A stretch of 64,000 nucleotides of DNA. It comes from Alistipes sp. GTDB lineage: Bacteria; Bacteroidota; Bacteroidia; Bacteroidales; Rikenellaceae. The position numbers and the translations under genes were made by a program. This document shows, piece by piece, positions 1 to 8,823 of the stretch (position 1 is the first letter of the stretch; every line of letters starts with the position of its first letter). Under the pieces are notes generated by a model that was not told where the DNA came from, did no database searches, and saw only the letters and a program-made list of their open reading frames with translations. The DNA is taken from assembly GCA_045644925.1 (NCBI GenBank), contig JAZRHV010000024.1, positions 10,472-74,471 of the forward strand, read 5' to 3'.

Positions 1-1048
1 TGAGCCCCTCTTGCTGCTGCCCATCGCATTCGGTATGTTGCTCACCAACTTGCCGGGTGCCGAGATGTTCCACTCCGACCTCTTCGCAGGCGGTAAGGTA
101 CATTGGTTGGAACTCTACCACAAGGGCGGTCTTCTCGATTACCTCTACCTCGGTGTTAAGCTCGGTATCTATCCTTGCTTGATCTTCGTGGGTGTAGGTT
201 CGATGACTGACTTTGGTCCGCTGATCGCTAATCCTAAGAGCTTCTTGCTCGGTGCCGCTGCACAGTTGGGTATCTTCGCAACATTCCTCGGTGCTTATGC
301 TTTGGGATTTGCTCCTAATGAGTGCGGTAGTATCGGTATCATCGGTGGTGCGGATGGCCCGACCTCGATCTTCCTTACTGCGAAGTTGGCTCCTGAGTTG
401 CTCGGTCCTATCGCTATTGCGGCTTACTCGTATATGGCACTCGTACCGGTTATCCAGCCTCCCATTATGAAGGCTCTTACGACCGACAAGGAGCGTCGTA
501 TCAAGATGTCGCAGTTGCGTCAGGTGTCGAAGACCGAGAAGATTATCTTCCCGATCGTTATTACCATCATCATCTCGTTGCTTCTGCCTTCGGCTGCTCC
601 GCTCGTGGGCTGCTTGATGCTCGGTAACTTGATGAAGGAGTGCGGCGTTGTTGATCGTTTGACCAAGACCGTTCAGAACGAGTTGATGAATATCGTGGTT
701 ATCTTCCTCGGTATCTCGGTAGGTGCTACTGCAACTGCTCAGTCGTTCCTTAACTTCCAGACACTCTTTATCCTTGCGCTCGGTATCGTAGCGTTCAGCT
801 GCGGTAGTGCAGGTGGTGTTCTCTTGGCTAAGTTGATGAACCTCTTTGCTCCTGAGGGCAAGAAGATCAACCCGCTTATCGGCTCGGCAGGCGTTTCGGC
901 TGTGCCTATGGCTGCGCGTGTATCGCAGACCGTTGGTCAGCAGTACGACAAGTCGAACTTCCTTCTGATGCACGCTATGGGCCCCAATGTTGCAGGTGTC
1001 GTTGGTTCGGCAGTTGCAGCAGGTATCCTTTTGGCGTTCCTCGGATAG
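1..1048 (+). CDS. oadB: Na+-translocating decarboxylase beta subunit (OadB/MmdB/GcdB family), 5'-partial
   Basis: Hydrophobic membrane protein with [11 protein letters not shown] and [14 protein letters not shown]-type motifs. The frame is open to the window edge ([11 protein letters not shown]). The substrate of the decarboxylase cannot be determined. Confidence 0.92.
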   Translation, partial: EPLLLLPIAFGMLLTNLPGAEMFHSDLFAGGKVHWLELYHKGGLLDYLYLGVKLGIYPCLIFVGVGSMTDFGPLIANPKSFLLGAAAQLGIFATFLGAYALGFAPNECGSIGIIGGADGPTSIFLTAKLAPELLGPIAIAAYSYMALVPVIQPPIMKALTTDKERRIKMSQLRQVSKTEKIIFPIVITIIISLLLPSAAPLVGCLMLGNLMKECGVVDRLTKTVQNELMNIVVIFLGISVGATATAQSFLNFQTLFILALGIVAFSCGSAGGVLLAKLMNLFAPEGKKINPLIGSAGVSAVPMAARVSQTVGQQYDKSNFLLMHAMGPNVAGVVGSAVAAGILLAFLG

Positions 1049-1070
1049 TCCGATACCTTTATATAATAGT

Positions 1071-1100
1071 AAAGAGGGTAGCAGCGATGTTACCCTCTTT
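1071..1100 (+). terminator. intrinsic terminator hairpin
   Basis: AAAGAGGGTAGC..GTTACCCTCTTT inverted repeat after the stop codon. Confidence 0.7.
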
Positions 1101-1157
1101 AATTTTGTCTATTAGTGAACTTTTTGTAACTTTGTTAAAACTTAAATTGTGTAAACT

Positions 1158-1943
1158 ATGAAACGACTTATTTTATTGGCTATTGCAGTGGCGTTTGGTG
1201 TGCAGACGGCCTCTGCGTGGGCGAAATTAGGTCACGAAACTGTTGTCGAGATTGCCAAAAGGCATCTGACTGAGGAGGCAAAGGCAAATATCTCGAAATA
1301 TCTGCCTTACGACATCACGGAGGATGCAATCTGGATGGATAAGAATCGCAAAGGCTCACCTTGGCCCTATTCGAACGATTGGCACTCTTATTATTACGAT
1401 GCGCAGTTCCGCCACGACCCTAATATGAAGATTCGGCACGGAGATACGATGCGCGCACTTGACTTGGCGGAGCGTAACCTTTCGATGTACAGAGAGTTAC
1501 CAGACTCGGCTGTGATCTATAATATCCGTATGATTCTCCACTTTGTGGGCGATATGCACTGCCCGTCGCACTGCAAGTTGGCCGGAGGTCGCGATGACGA
1601 GCCGACGGTCTACGTTAAGGGCAAGAAGTATAAATCATTCCACGCCCTTTACGACAGGATGCCCGATTGGATTTATGGCGAAGATTGTCGGCCTTCGGAG
1701 TTGGCCGAGAAGCTCGATACAGCCAAAAAGGGTGTGATAAAGCGTATCTGCAAGGGCGACCACCACGATTGGGCGCAGGAGTGTATGTATTCGACAAATG
1801 TCATCCATCAGTGGAATCCTCAGGGCGAAACTCGTGTATTGCGAGATGATACGATTGAACTCTCGAAAGAGTTGGTAGAGGAGCAGCTACGCCTCGCCGG
1901 ATATCGTTTGGCACATCTGCTCAACCGATATTTCGGCAAGTGA
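1158..1943 (+). CDS. S1/P1 family nuclease, secreted
   Basis: Signal peptide then W..GH; WMD, WH, HFVGDMHCP and H.LYD zinc-ligand motifs. TAACTTTG -7 box at 1127-1134. Confidence 0.88.
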   Translation: MKRLILLAIAVAFGVQTASAWAKLGHETVVEIAKRHLTEEAKANISKYLPYDITEDAIWMDKNRKGSPWPYSNDWHSYYYDAQFRHDPNMKIRHGDTMRALDLAERNLSMYRELPDSAVIYNIRMILHFVGDMHCPSHCKLAGGRDDEPTVYVKGKKYKSFHALYDRMPDWIYGEDCRPSELAEKLDTAKKGVIKRICKGDHHDWAQECMYSTNVIHQWNPQGETRVLRDDTIELSKELVEEQLRLAGYRLAHLLNRYFGK

Positions 1944-2930
1944 TTAGAGCTGTCCTGTGCAACGGAAATATTTGCGCAGGACGAGTAGTGAGATGAGTTT
2001 CTCTCGCTTCTTGTCGGCAAATTGAGCGATATATTCGTGTGCGTGGCGGATAATCTCCTCGGCCTTTTCGGGGTGTGCCGAGAAATATGCTAAACGCTCC
2101 TCTAAATCTGAATAGTCGGGCTTGATTTCGATGTAGTGATAGTCGGGAATCAGACGGCCCTCCATAAACCACGTCTCGTACGTCGGACGAGGCATTACTG
2201 CTATCGAGTTGGTAGACATTACCCATTTGAGATTTGTTGCTACGTCGTTGCCCTCGATGGTTATGATGTAGCGGTAGCGTAGATGGTCATACATCGAGAT
2301 ATGGGGGACGGTCCACTCCGCAGGTAGTGAGGCGTGGCGATTCGAGATACCGGCATCGCATACTTTCGACCCGAAGTACATCTCCATAAATCTCTTGCGC
2401 AGATGATGATTGTGGTGGTGGCAGTTTATTGCACCGCGGAAAATAGCCCTGTCTTCCTTCTCGCGGAAGGGTATGTTGTCGCGCAGAAAGACAAAGTGGC
2501 GATGTTTGTCAAGATTGAGTACCACCGAGTTGGTGTTGTCATCCGAAATGGGACGGCTCTTGATGATTGAGGGGATGTCGGGGATGTGGGTTACATCGCC
2601 CGGAATCATCTGCCAACGCAACTTGTCATTAAACCAGCGTGTATATTCGTACGAATCGAAGAAGTAGGCTGTGCGTACCTTCTTGCCGAATTTATGCTCT
2701 GCGAGCTGATGAGCCTCTGCGTTGGGTAAAGAACTGTTGTCGTGCAACTTGCAGTAGTAATCCACGCGCTCGAATATGTAGTTGCGGTCGGGACGACCCT
2801 CGACCTTGGCGAGGAGCTTTGTGAGGCGTCGCTGAAAGAGCTGCTTGGGCATCGCATAGCGCATAAAATTGCGGGCAAACCATAAAAATTTTGGTCGCTT
2901 GTTGTGGAGTATGCGATTAAGCCTGTTCAT
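1944..2930 (-). CDS. glycosyltransferase family 90 (LpsA-like)
   Basis: YRYIITIEGNDVATNLKW and WFMEGRLIPDYHYIEIKPDYSDL motifs typical of GT90/LpsA. Confidence 0.8.
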   Translation of the reverse strand: MNRLNRILHNKRPKFLWFARNFMRYAMPKQLFQRRLTKLLAKVEGRPDRNYIFERVDYYCKLHDNSSLPNAEAHQLAEHKFGKKVRTAYFFDSYEYTRWFNDKLRWQMIPGDVTHIPDIPSIIKSRPISDDNTNSVVLNLDKHRHFVFLRDNIPFREKEDRAIFRGAINCHHHNHHLRKRFMEMYFGSKVCDAGISNRHASLPAEWTVPHISMYDHLRYRYIITIEGNDVATNLKWVMSTNSIAVMPRPTYETWFMEGRLIPDYHYIEIKPDYSDLEERLAYFSAHPEKAEEIIRHAHEYIAQFADKKREKLISLLVLRKYFRCTGQL

Positions 2931-2991
2931 CTTGTTGGACGTGTGAGTTGCTTAACAAAAAAGCGACAGAATCTCTGTCGCAATCGTTTTG

Positions 2992-3064
2992 TGATCCCGC
3001 TGGGGCTCGAACCCAGGACCCCAACATTAAAAGTGTTGTGCTCTACCTGCTGAGCTACGAGATC
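2992..3064 (-). tRNA. tRNA-Lys(UUU)
   Basis: Cloverleaf GATCTCGTAGCTCAG...GGTTCGAGCCCCAGCGGGATCA, anticodon loop CTTTTAA. Terminator hairpin at 2963-2981 on the same strand. Confidence 0.95.
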
Positions 3065-3274
3065 AACGCCAATCGGCACGGAATGTCCCGTTTTGGTGGT
3101 GCAAAAGTATAATATTTTTTTATATCTGCAAAACTCTTGGTGGTAATTTTTAATTTTTGTTGATATTTAGAGACTTTGGCGAGTATTTATATGTGTGTGG
3201 GTGTTGGTTGTTTCTGATAAGTTTTCTACCTTTGTGAAATATATCCAAAATTGACCATTGTACACCCAACAGAT

Positions 3275-5929
3275 ATGAAACGACTACTGCTCATATTTTC
3301 GCTTTTGACTATTGCCTTTGAGGTCGTAGCACAGAGCTCTAAAAACACCCTTGAAATCGACCCCGCGAGCTTCCGACCCGTGCAGACCGATGCGTTGTCG
3401 GGCGTGGCTATCGACCCGATAGGTCTCGACCGCTCGAAGCGTCCCTGCGCACGAGTTAAGATGCACGTAAATCGTATGACCCGCGACGAGATTGCCAATC
3501 TCGAAATTCGTCTGCCGGGAGGTAATGTCGTGCTGATGAAAAAGACGGTTGCGGTCGAAGGTAACGGCTTGATTTTCGAACTTACAGCCAAGGAGCAGAC
3601 CCGATTCTATCTCCACCACGAAAAGTATGGAGATTCGAACGAGGTGACGGTCAATCTCGAACCCAATAAAGAGTACCGCATCGAGGCGCAACTTAATCTG
3701 CTATTTTCGATTACCGTAGCATCCAATACCAATGATGCAGAGGTCTATGTTGATGATGTGTTCAAGGGTCGCACGGCTAATGGCCAGGTGCTTACAATCG
3801 AGGAGGTGCTACCCGGAGAACATACTTTGAAATTGCAGTATGGCAGCTCGGTCAAGGAACAGTGCATCAATGTCAATAGTGGTAGCATCTATTTTCGCCA
3901 AGATGTTGATGTTGCGGGTATGCAACCTCAATTTGTGATTTTTGCGGTACAGCCTGTTACGGCTGTGGTTGTGCTTGATGGCGAGATTCTGCCCCTCGAC
4001 GAGGGTGGTGCAACCTTCAAGTCGCTCAAACAGGGTACATATAACTATCGCGTGGATGCCAAGGACTACCACACCGAGAGTGGTACTATCGTTGTCGGTG
4101 GCTCGGAGGTGCGCAAAATTATCAACCTAAAACCTGCATTTGGCTATCTGCGTGTGTTGGGCGAATCTGCTGCGGGCGCATCGGTCTATGTGGATAATAA
4201 ACTTATCGGTACGGCTCCTATTCAGGATTTTCGTCTGCCGAGCGGTAATCATAATGTGCAGATTGTCAAGGCGAAGTATAAAACATATTCGGCCGAAGTG
4301 ATTATATCCGACTCTCAGACAAAGAATATTACACCCTCGCTCGAAGCCAACTTTGCGCAGGTCTCGCTTACGGTGGCTGACGGTGCCGAGATTTGGATTA
4401 ATAACAAAAATATGGGTGCCGGATCGTGGAGTGGCGAGCTTGGTCTGGGTAACTATCGCGTCGAGTGTCGTAAGGAAGGGTATAGGACCTCGGTGCAGAG
4501 TGTTGATGTGACAACCTCAGTGCCTATGATAAAGACACTGATACCGCCTACGCCTATCTACGGCAATATCTCGATTATTAGCAATCCGCTTATGGCGACT
4601 ATCAAGGTCGATGGCAAAACCGTTGGCGAGACACCCAAAAATCTCTCGAATATCCTTATTGGCAAGCATACTATCGAGATTTCGAAGAGTGGCTATGAGA
4701 GTTGGCACAAGGAGGTCTCAGTTGCCGAGGGTCAAACGGCATCGGTTTCGGCTACACTGAGCAAGGTCGCAACGGTAAATAGTGCTGTTTCGACTGCGAA
4801 AACTTACAAGGTCGGCGATTACTACAACGATGGCAAAAAAGAGGGCGTTGTTTTCTGGGTAGATGAAACAGGTCAGCACGGCAAGATTGTAAGTCTTACG
4901 GAGTCGAGTCGCTTGCCGTGGTCTTCGGATACTGCTGAACAGAAACGCTTAATAGGTGCTGATAGTAAGAGTGATGGCGCAAAGAATATGGATGTTGTTA
5001 AGCAGATTCCTGGTTGGCAATCAAAATACCCCGCCTTTAAGTGGTGCGCGGATTTAGGCGAAGGTTGGTATCTGCCGGCAATTGAGGAGCTAAAGATATT
5101 TGCACTTAATAATACGGTTCACGATGCAGTAAATCGAACTTTGGAAACCAAAGGTAAAAAATTGGCCAATAAGGGTGATTCTCGTTGGTATTGGTCTTCG
5201 ACGGAAAGCAATGATCGATATATTGGCGCGGATGAGTTTTGTGCGTGGGGTGTCGGTATGTTTGGCGGTAGCACCGGCAACTACAATAAGAGCGGCAGCG
5301 GCTATGTGCGCGCCATAGCGGCTGTTACTTTTGGTGAGAGTGAATCTAAAACGGCATCTCCGGCATCTGCAACGCCAGCAACACAAGTCGCATCCTCAAA
5401 AACCTACAAAGTCGGAGATTACTACAACGACGGCAGAAAGGTGGGTGTAGTTTTTTGGGTAGATGAATCAGGTAAGCACGGCAAGATTGTAAGTCTTTCA
5501 GAATCGTCAAACGACCTTCAGTGGTCATCAGGTACCAATGAGCAAAAACGCCTGATTGGCGCAGATGATGAGAATAACGGTGCCAATAATATGGCAAAGG
5601 TTAAGCAGATATCGGGTTGGGAAACAAAATATCCCGCCTTTAAGTGGTGTGCCGATTTAGGTGATGGCTGGTATCTGCCTGCGATTGAGGAGCTAAAGAT
5701 ATTTATACTTAATAATACGGTTCGCAATGCAGTAAATCGAACTTTGAAAACCAAAGGTAAAAAATTGGCCAATAAGGGTGATCATTGTTGGTATTGGTCT
5801 TCGACAGAGCATAACTATCAACATTCGTCAGGTGAGTTTTGCGCGTGGTATGTCGGTATGAATGTCGGAGGCACCGGCAACTACGGTAAGTGCGACTACT
5901 ACTATGTGCGCGCTGTCTCCGCTTTTTAG
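3275..5929 (+). CDS. secreted PEGA-repeat protein with two C-terminal DUF1566/Lcl-C (CLec-like) domains
   Basis: Signal peptide from ATG 3275; several PEGA-like repeats (VYVD...G.TP/API, G.H.V.I.K.GY). Two ~176-aa repeats 600 bp apart carry WYLPAIEEL, YWSSTE and YVRAV..F. TACCTTTG -7 box at 3227-3234. Confidence 0.8.
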   Translation: MKRLLLIFSLLTIAFEVVAQSSKNTLEIDPASFRPVQTDALSGVAIDPIGLDRSKRPCARVKMHVNRMTRDEIANLEIRLPGGNVVLMKKTVAVEGNGLIFELTAKEQTRFYLHHEKYGDSNEVTVNLEPNKEYRIEAQLNLLFSITVASNTNDAEVYVDDVFKGRTANGQVLTIEEVLPGEHTLKLQYGSSVKEQCINVNSGSIYFRQDVDVAGMQPQFVIFAVQPVTAVVVLDGEILPLDEGGATFKSLKQGTYNYRVDAKDYHTESGTIVVGGSEVRKIINLKPAFGYLRVLGESAAGASVYVDNKLIGTAPIQDFRLPSGNHNVQIVKAKYKTYSAEVIISDSQTKNITPSLEANFAQVSLTVADGAEIWINNKNMGAGSWSGELGLGNYRVECRKEGYRTSVQSVDVTTSVPMIKTLIPPTPIYGNISIISNPLMATIKVDGKTVGETPKNLSNILIGKHTIEISKSGYESWHKEVSVAEGQTASVSATLSKVATVNSAVSTAKTYKVGDYYNDGKKEGVVFWVDETGQHGKIVSLTESSRLPWSSDTAEQKRLIGADSKSDGAKNMDVVKQIPGWQSKYPAFKWCADLGEGWYLPAIEELKIFALNNTVHDAVNRTLETKGKKLANKGDSRWYWSSTESNDRYIGADEFCAWGVGMFGGSTGNYNKSGSGYVRAIAAVTFGESESKTASPASATPATQVASSKTYKVGDYYNDGRKVGVVFWVDESGKHGKIVSLSESSNDLQWSSGTNEQKRLIGADDENNGANNMAKVKQISGWETKYPAFKWCADLGDGWYLPAIEELKIFILNNTVRNAVNRTLKTKGKKLANKGDHCWYWSSTEHNYQHSSGEFCAWYVGMNVGGTGNYGKCDYYYVRAVSAF
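4799..5926 (+). repeat. internal tandem duplication of the DUF1566-like domain (4799-~5330 and 5399-5926)
   Basis: Both copies start KTYKVGDYYNDG and align at a 600-bp offset. Confidence 0.9.
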
Positions 5930-5973
5930 AATTTAGGCTTTTGTGCGGGCGAGGCCCGAACGCTTTGAATCTT

Positions 5974-6004
5974 TGCGACCGCCTTCGGGCGGTCGCATTT
6001 TTTT
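5974..6004 (+). terminator. intrinsic terminator
   Basis: TGCGACCGCC-TTCG-GGCGGTCGCA followed by T7. Confidence 0.85.
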
Positions 6005-6028
6005 ATCCGTTGTCCAGAGGAGAGAGTA

Positions 6029-6182
6029 TTAGGGAATTTAGGGAAATTAGGGAAATTAGGGAAATTAGAGAATTTAGGGAATTTAGGGAATTTAGCGACT
6101 GCGCTAAAAAACTAAACTCTTTAAATTCCTTAAACTCCCTAACCTCCCTAAATTTTGAATTTTGAATTTTGAATTTTGAATT
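6029..6182. repeat. palindromic 9-mer array (TTAGGGAAW x7, central hairpin, inverted copies) plus TTTTGAA x4
   Basis: Read directly: 9-mers at 6029-6091, TTAGCG-ACTG-CGCTAA centre, (A/C)(C/T)TCC(C/T)TAA-type inverted copies to ~6151, heptamers at 6153-6180. Confidence 0.9.
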
Positions 6183-6233
6183 CCATTTTGTATCTTTGTT
6201 TTTTGGAAACTAATATACAAACTATATTGAATT

Positions 6234-7436
6234 ATGTGTAGAGCCCTGATTATCGGTGCAGGCGGTGTGGGTACCGTCGTGGCACAGAAGGTTGCAGCAA
6301 ATCCCGTATTTACGGATGTGATGCTCGCCAGCCGTACAAAATCGAAGTGTGATGCCGTAGCTGCTGCTATTGGCGGTAATCGCGTGAAGACTGCGCAGGT
6401 AGATGCCGACTCAGTAGAGGAGTTGGTGGCACTGTTTAGCGAGTTTAAGCCCGATATCGTTATCAACGTGGCATTGCCCTATCAGGATTTGACAATTATG
6501 GACGCTTGTTTGGAGTGCGGTTGCAACTACCTCGATACAGCGAACTATGAGCCCAAGGACGAGGCTCACTTCGAGTATTCGTGGCAGTGGGCATATCAGG
6601 ATCGCTTCAAGGAGAAGGGCCTCACGGCTATTCTCGGTTGCGGTTTCGACCCGGGTGTTACCGCTATCTTCACAGCTTATGCTGCGAAGCACCACTTCGA
6701 CGAGATTCACTACCTCGATATCGTAGACTGCAACGCCGGTAATCACGGTATGGCATTCGCTACCAACTTCAACCCCGAAATCAACATTCGCGAGGTGACC
6801 CAGAAGGGTCGCTACTTCGAGAATGGCGAGTGGGTTGTTACCGAGCCTCACCAGATTCACGCTCCGCTCAACTATCCCGAAATCGGTGAGCGCGAGTCGT
6901 ATGTAATCTACCACGAGGAGTTGGAGTCGCTCGTTAAGAACTATCCGACCCTCAAACGTGCGCGTTTCTGGATGACCTTCGGTCAGGAGTATCTCACACA
7001 CCTTCGCGTGATTCAGAATATCGGTATGGCGCGTATCGACCCGATTATCTACAACGGTGTCGAGATTGTTCCTATCCAATTCTTGAAGGCTGTATTGCCC
7101 GATCCGAAGTCGCTCGGCTCGAACTACCACGGTCAGACCTCGATCGGCTGCCGCATCAAGGGTATCAAGGATGGCAAGGAGCGCACCTACTATATCTACA
7201 ACAACTGCGACCACGAAGTGGCATTCAAGGAGACCGGCACACAGGCCGTGAGCTTCACTACGGGTGTCCCCGCAGCTCTCGGTGCTTCGATGTGGGCTAA
7301 GGGCTTGTGGCGTGGTGCAGGCGTCTTCAATGTCGAGGAGTTCGATCCCGATCCGTTCTTGGCCGAGCTTGGCGAGCAGGGTCTGCCTTGGGTCGAGATG
7401 TTCGACGTGGACTTGGAGGTAGATAAGATTAAGTAA
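6234..7436 (+). CDS. carboxy(nor)spermidine dehydrogenase (saccharopine dehydrogenase family)
   Basis: GAGGVG Rossmann motif, YLDTANYEP, GCGFDPG, FATNFNPEINIRE; adjacent to nspC. Confidence 0.88.
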   Translation: MCRALIIGAGGVGTVVAQKVAANPVFTDVMLASRTKSKCDAVAAAIGGNRVKTAQVDADSVEELVALFSEFKPDIVINVALPYQDLTIMDACLECGCNYLDTANYEPKDEAHFEYSWQWAYQDRFKEKGLTAILGCGFDPGVTAIFTAYAAKHHFDEIHYLDIVDCNAGNHGMAFATNFNPEINIREVTQKGRYFENGEWVVTEPHQIHAPLNYPEIGERESYVIYHEELESLVKNYPTLKRARFWMTFGQEYLTHLRVIQNIGMARIDPIIYNGVEIVPIQFLKAVLPDPKSLGSNYHGQTSIGCRIKGIKDGKERTYYIYNNCDHEVAFKETGTQAVSFTTGVPAALGASMWAKGLWRGAGVFNVEEFDPDPFLAELGEQGLPWVEMFDVDLEVDKIK

Positions 7437-7459
7437 CCTTTCCCTAACCATTTATAGCG

Positions 7460-7499
7460 ACCACCCGACTGTGTTTATGCACGGTCGGGTGGTTTTTTT
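7460..7499 (+). terminator. intrinsic terminator
   Basis: ACCACCCGACTGTG..CACGGTCGGGTGGT plus T tract. Confidence 0.8.
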
Positions 7500-7504
7500 G
7501 AGGG

Positions 7505-7609
7505 TTAGGGAAATTAGAGAGATTAGAGAAATTAGAGAAATTAGAGAAATTAGAATATCCCCTTAAACTCCATAAACTCCTTAAATTCCTTAAATTCCTT
7601 AAACTCTCT
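7505..7609. repeat. palindromic 9-mer array (TTAGRGAAA x5 then inverted A(C/T)TCCTTAA-type copies)
   Basis: Same unit and left-direct/right-inverted layout as 6029-6151. Confidence 0.88.
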
Positions 7610-7664
7610 ATTTATAATAAAAAGTGTTATCTTTGCGACATTAAACCAATAATATAGAGTAGTT

Positions 7665-8795
7665 ATGATTGACTTTTCGAAAGTGCCGTCGCCCTGCTAT
7701 GTTTTGGATGAGCAGCTGCTGATGCAAAACCTTGCGACTATCGACCGCGTACGTCGCGAGAGCGGTGCCGAGATTATCGTCGCACTCAAAGCGTGTGCGA
7801 TGTGGAGCATATTCCCCACTTTGGCGCAACATTCGGACGGCGCAACTGCGAGTTCGTTGGCCGAAGCTCGACTCGTATTCGAGGAGTATGGCGAGCAGGC
7901 GCACACCTACGCCCCCGTCTATACCGAGCGCGAAATCGAGGAGTTGATGAACTATTCGAGCCACATAACATTCAACTCGCTCGGCCAGTTCGAGCGTTTC
8001 GGCGCTCGTGCGTTGCTGCGCGGTATCTCGTGCGGTCTGCGTATCAACCCGCGTTATTCGCCCGTCGAGACCGACCTCTACAACCCCTGCGTCGAGGGCT
8101 CGCGTCTGGGTGTTACGCGCGAGGAGCTTGGCGAGCTGCCCGAAGGTGTCGAGGGCCTGCACTTTCACGTTCTTTGTGAGTCGCGCCCAGAACATCTGCG
8201 TAAGGCTTTCGAGGCTGTGGAGGAGCACTTTGGCGACCTGCTCGACAAGGTTAAGTGGCTCAACTGCGGTGGTGGTCACCTGATGACCCACGCCGAGTAC
8301 GATTGCGACGAGCTGATAGCTGTTATTCGTGACTTTAAGGCTCGCCATCCGCACCTGCGTATAATCTTGGAGCCGGGTAGTGCCTTCACCTGGCGCACGG
8401 GCTATCTCGTTGCAAGCGTGGAGGATGTGGTGCGTAATGGCGGTGTCAATACAGCGATGCTTAATGTCTCGTTTGCGTGTCATATGCCCGACTGCTTGGA
8501 GATGCCATATAAGCCGGCAATTATCGGTGCGCACGACCCAGAGGAGGGAGAGAAGGCGTGGCGTATGGGTGGTAATAGCTGCCTGGCCGGCGACTTCTAT
8601 GGCGATTGGGCCTTCGACCACGAGTTGCAGGTTGGTGAGCGCATTATCTTCGAGGATATGATTCACTATACGATGGTTAAAACTACGATGTTTAATGGTG
8701 TGAGCCACCCCTCGATTGCAATAGCAGAGGAGGGTGGCGAGGTGCGCATCGTCAAGGAGTTTGGCTACGAGGATTATAAGACGAGAATGTCGTAA
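7665..8795 (+). CDS. nspC: carboxynorspermidine decarboxylase
   Basis: PSPCYVLDE, ALKA PLP lysine, GLHFH, NCGGGH, ILEPG, MPDCLEMPY, FEDMIHYTMVKTTMFNG. Confidence 0.93.
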   Translation: MIDFSKVPSPCYVLDEQLLMQNLATIDRVRRESGAEIIVALKACAMWSIFPTLAQHSDGATASSLAEARLVFEEYGEQAHTYAPVYTEREIEELMNYSSHITFNSLGQFERFGARALLRGISCGLRINPRYSPVETDLYNPCVEGSRLGVTREELGELPEGVEGLHFHVLCESRPEHLRKAFEAVEEHFGDLLDKVKWLNCGGGHLMTHAEYDCDELIAVIRDFKARHPHLRIILEPGSAFTWRTGYLVASVEDVVRNGGVNTAMLNVSFACHMPDCLEMPYKPAIIGAHDPEEGEKAWRMGGNSCLAGDFYGDWAFDHELQVGERIIFEDMIHYTMVKTTMFNGVSHPSIAIAEEGGEVRIVKEFGYEDYKTRMS

Positions 8796-8823
8796 ATGTT
8801 TGATTGTTAATTAAAAGCAAAAT

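Noticed and set aside
1941-1946. abutting stop codons of the S1/P1 nuclease and GT90 genes with no terminator
   Set aside because: Tail-to-tail contact alone gives no evidence of a functional link.
2992-5929. PEGA/DUF1566 gene as an island integrated at tRNA-Lys(UUU)
   Set aside because: The gene lies on the 5' side of the tRNA and no duplicated tRNA 3' end was found.
6029-6091. TTAGGG-containing repeats as telomeric or eukaryotic contamination
   Set aside because: The period is 9 not 6, the copies are degenerate and palindromic, and they sit in normal bacterial intergenic positions at four sites.
5890-6466. short ORFs 5890-6165 and 6104-6466 (also 34898-35092 and 42518-42802)
   Set aside because: They are translations of the repeat arrays (EFREIRE, LNSLNS) or shadows of real genes.
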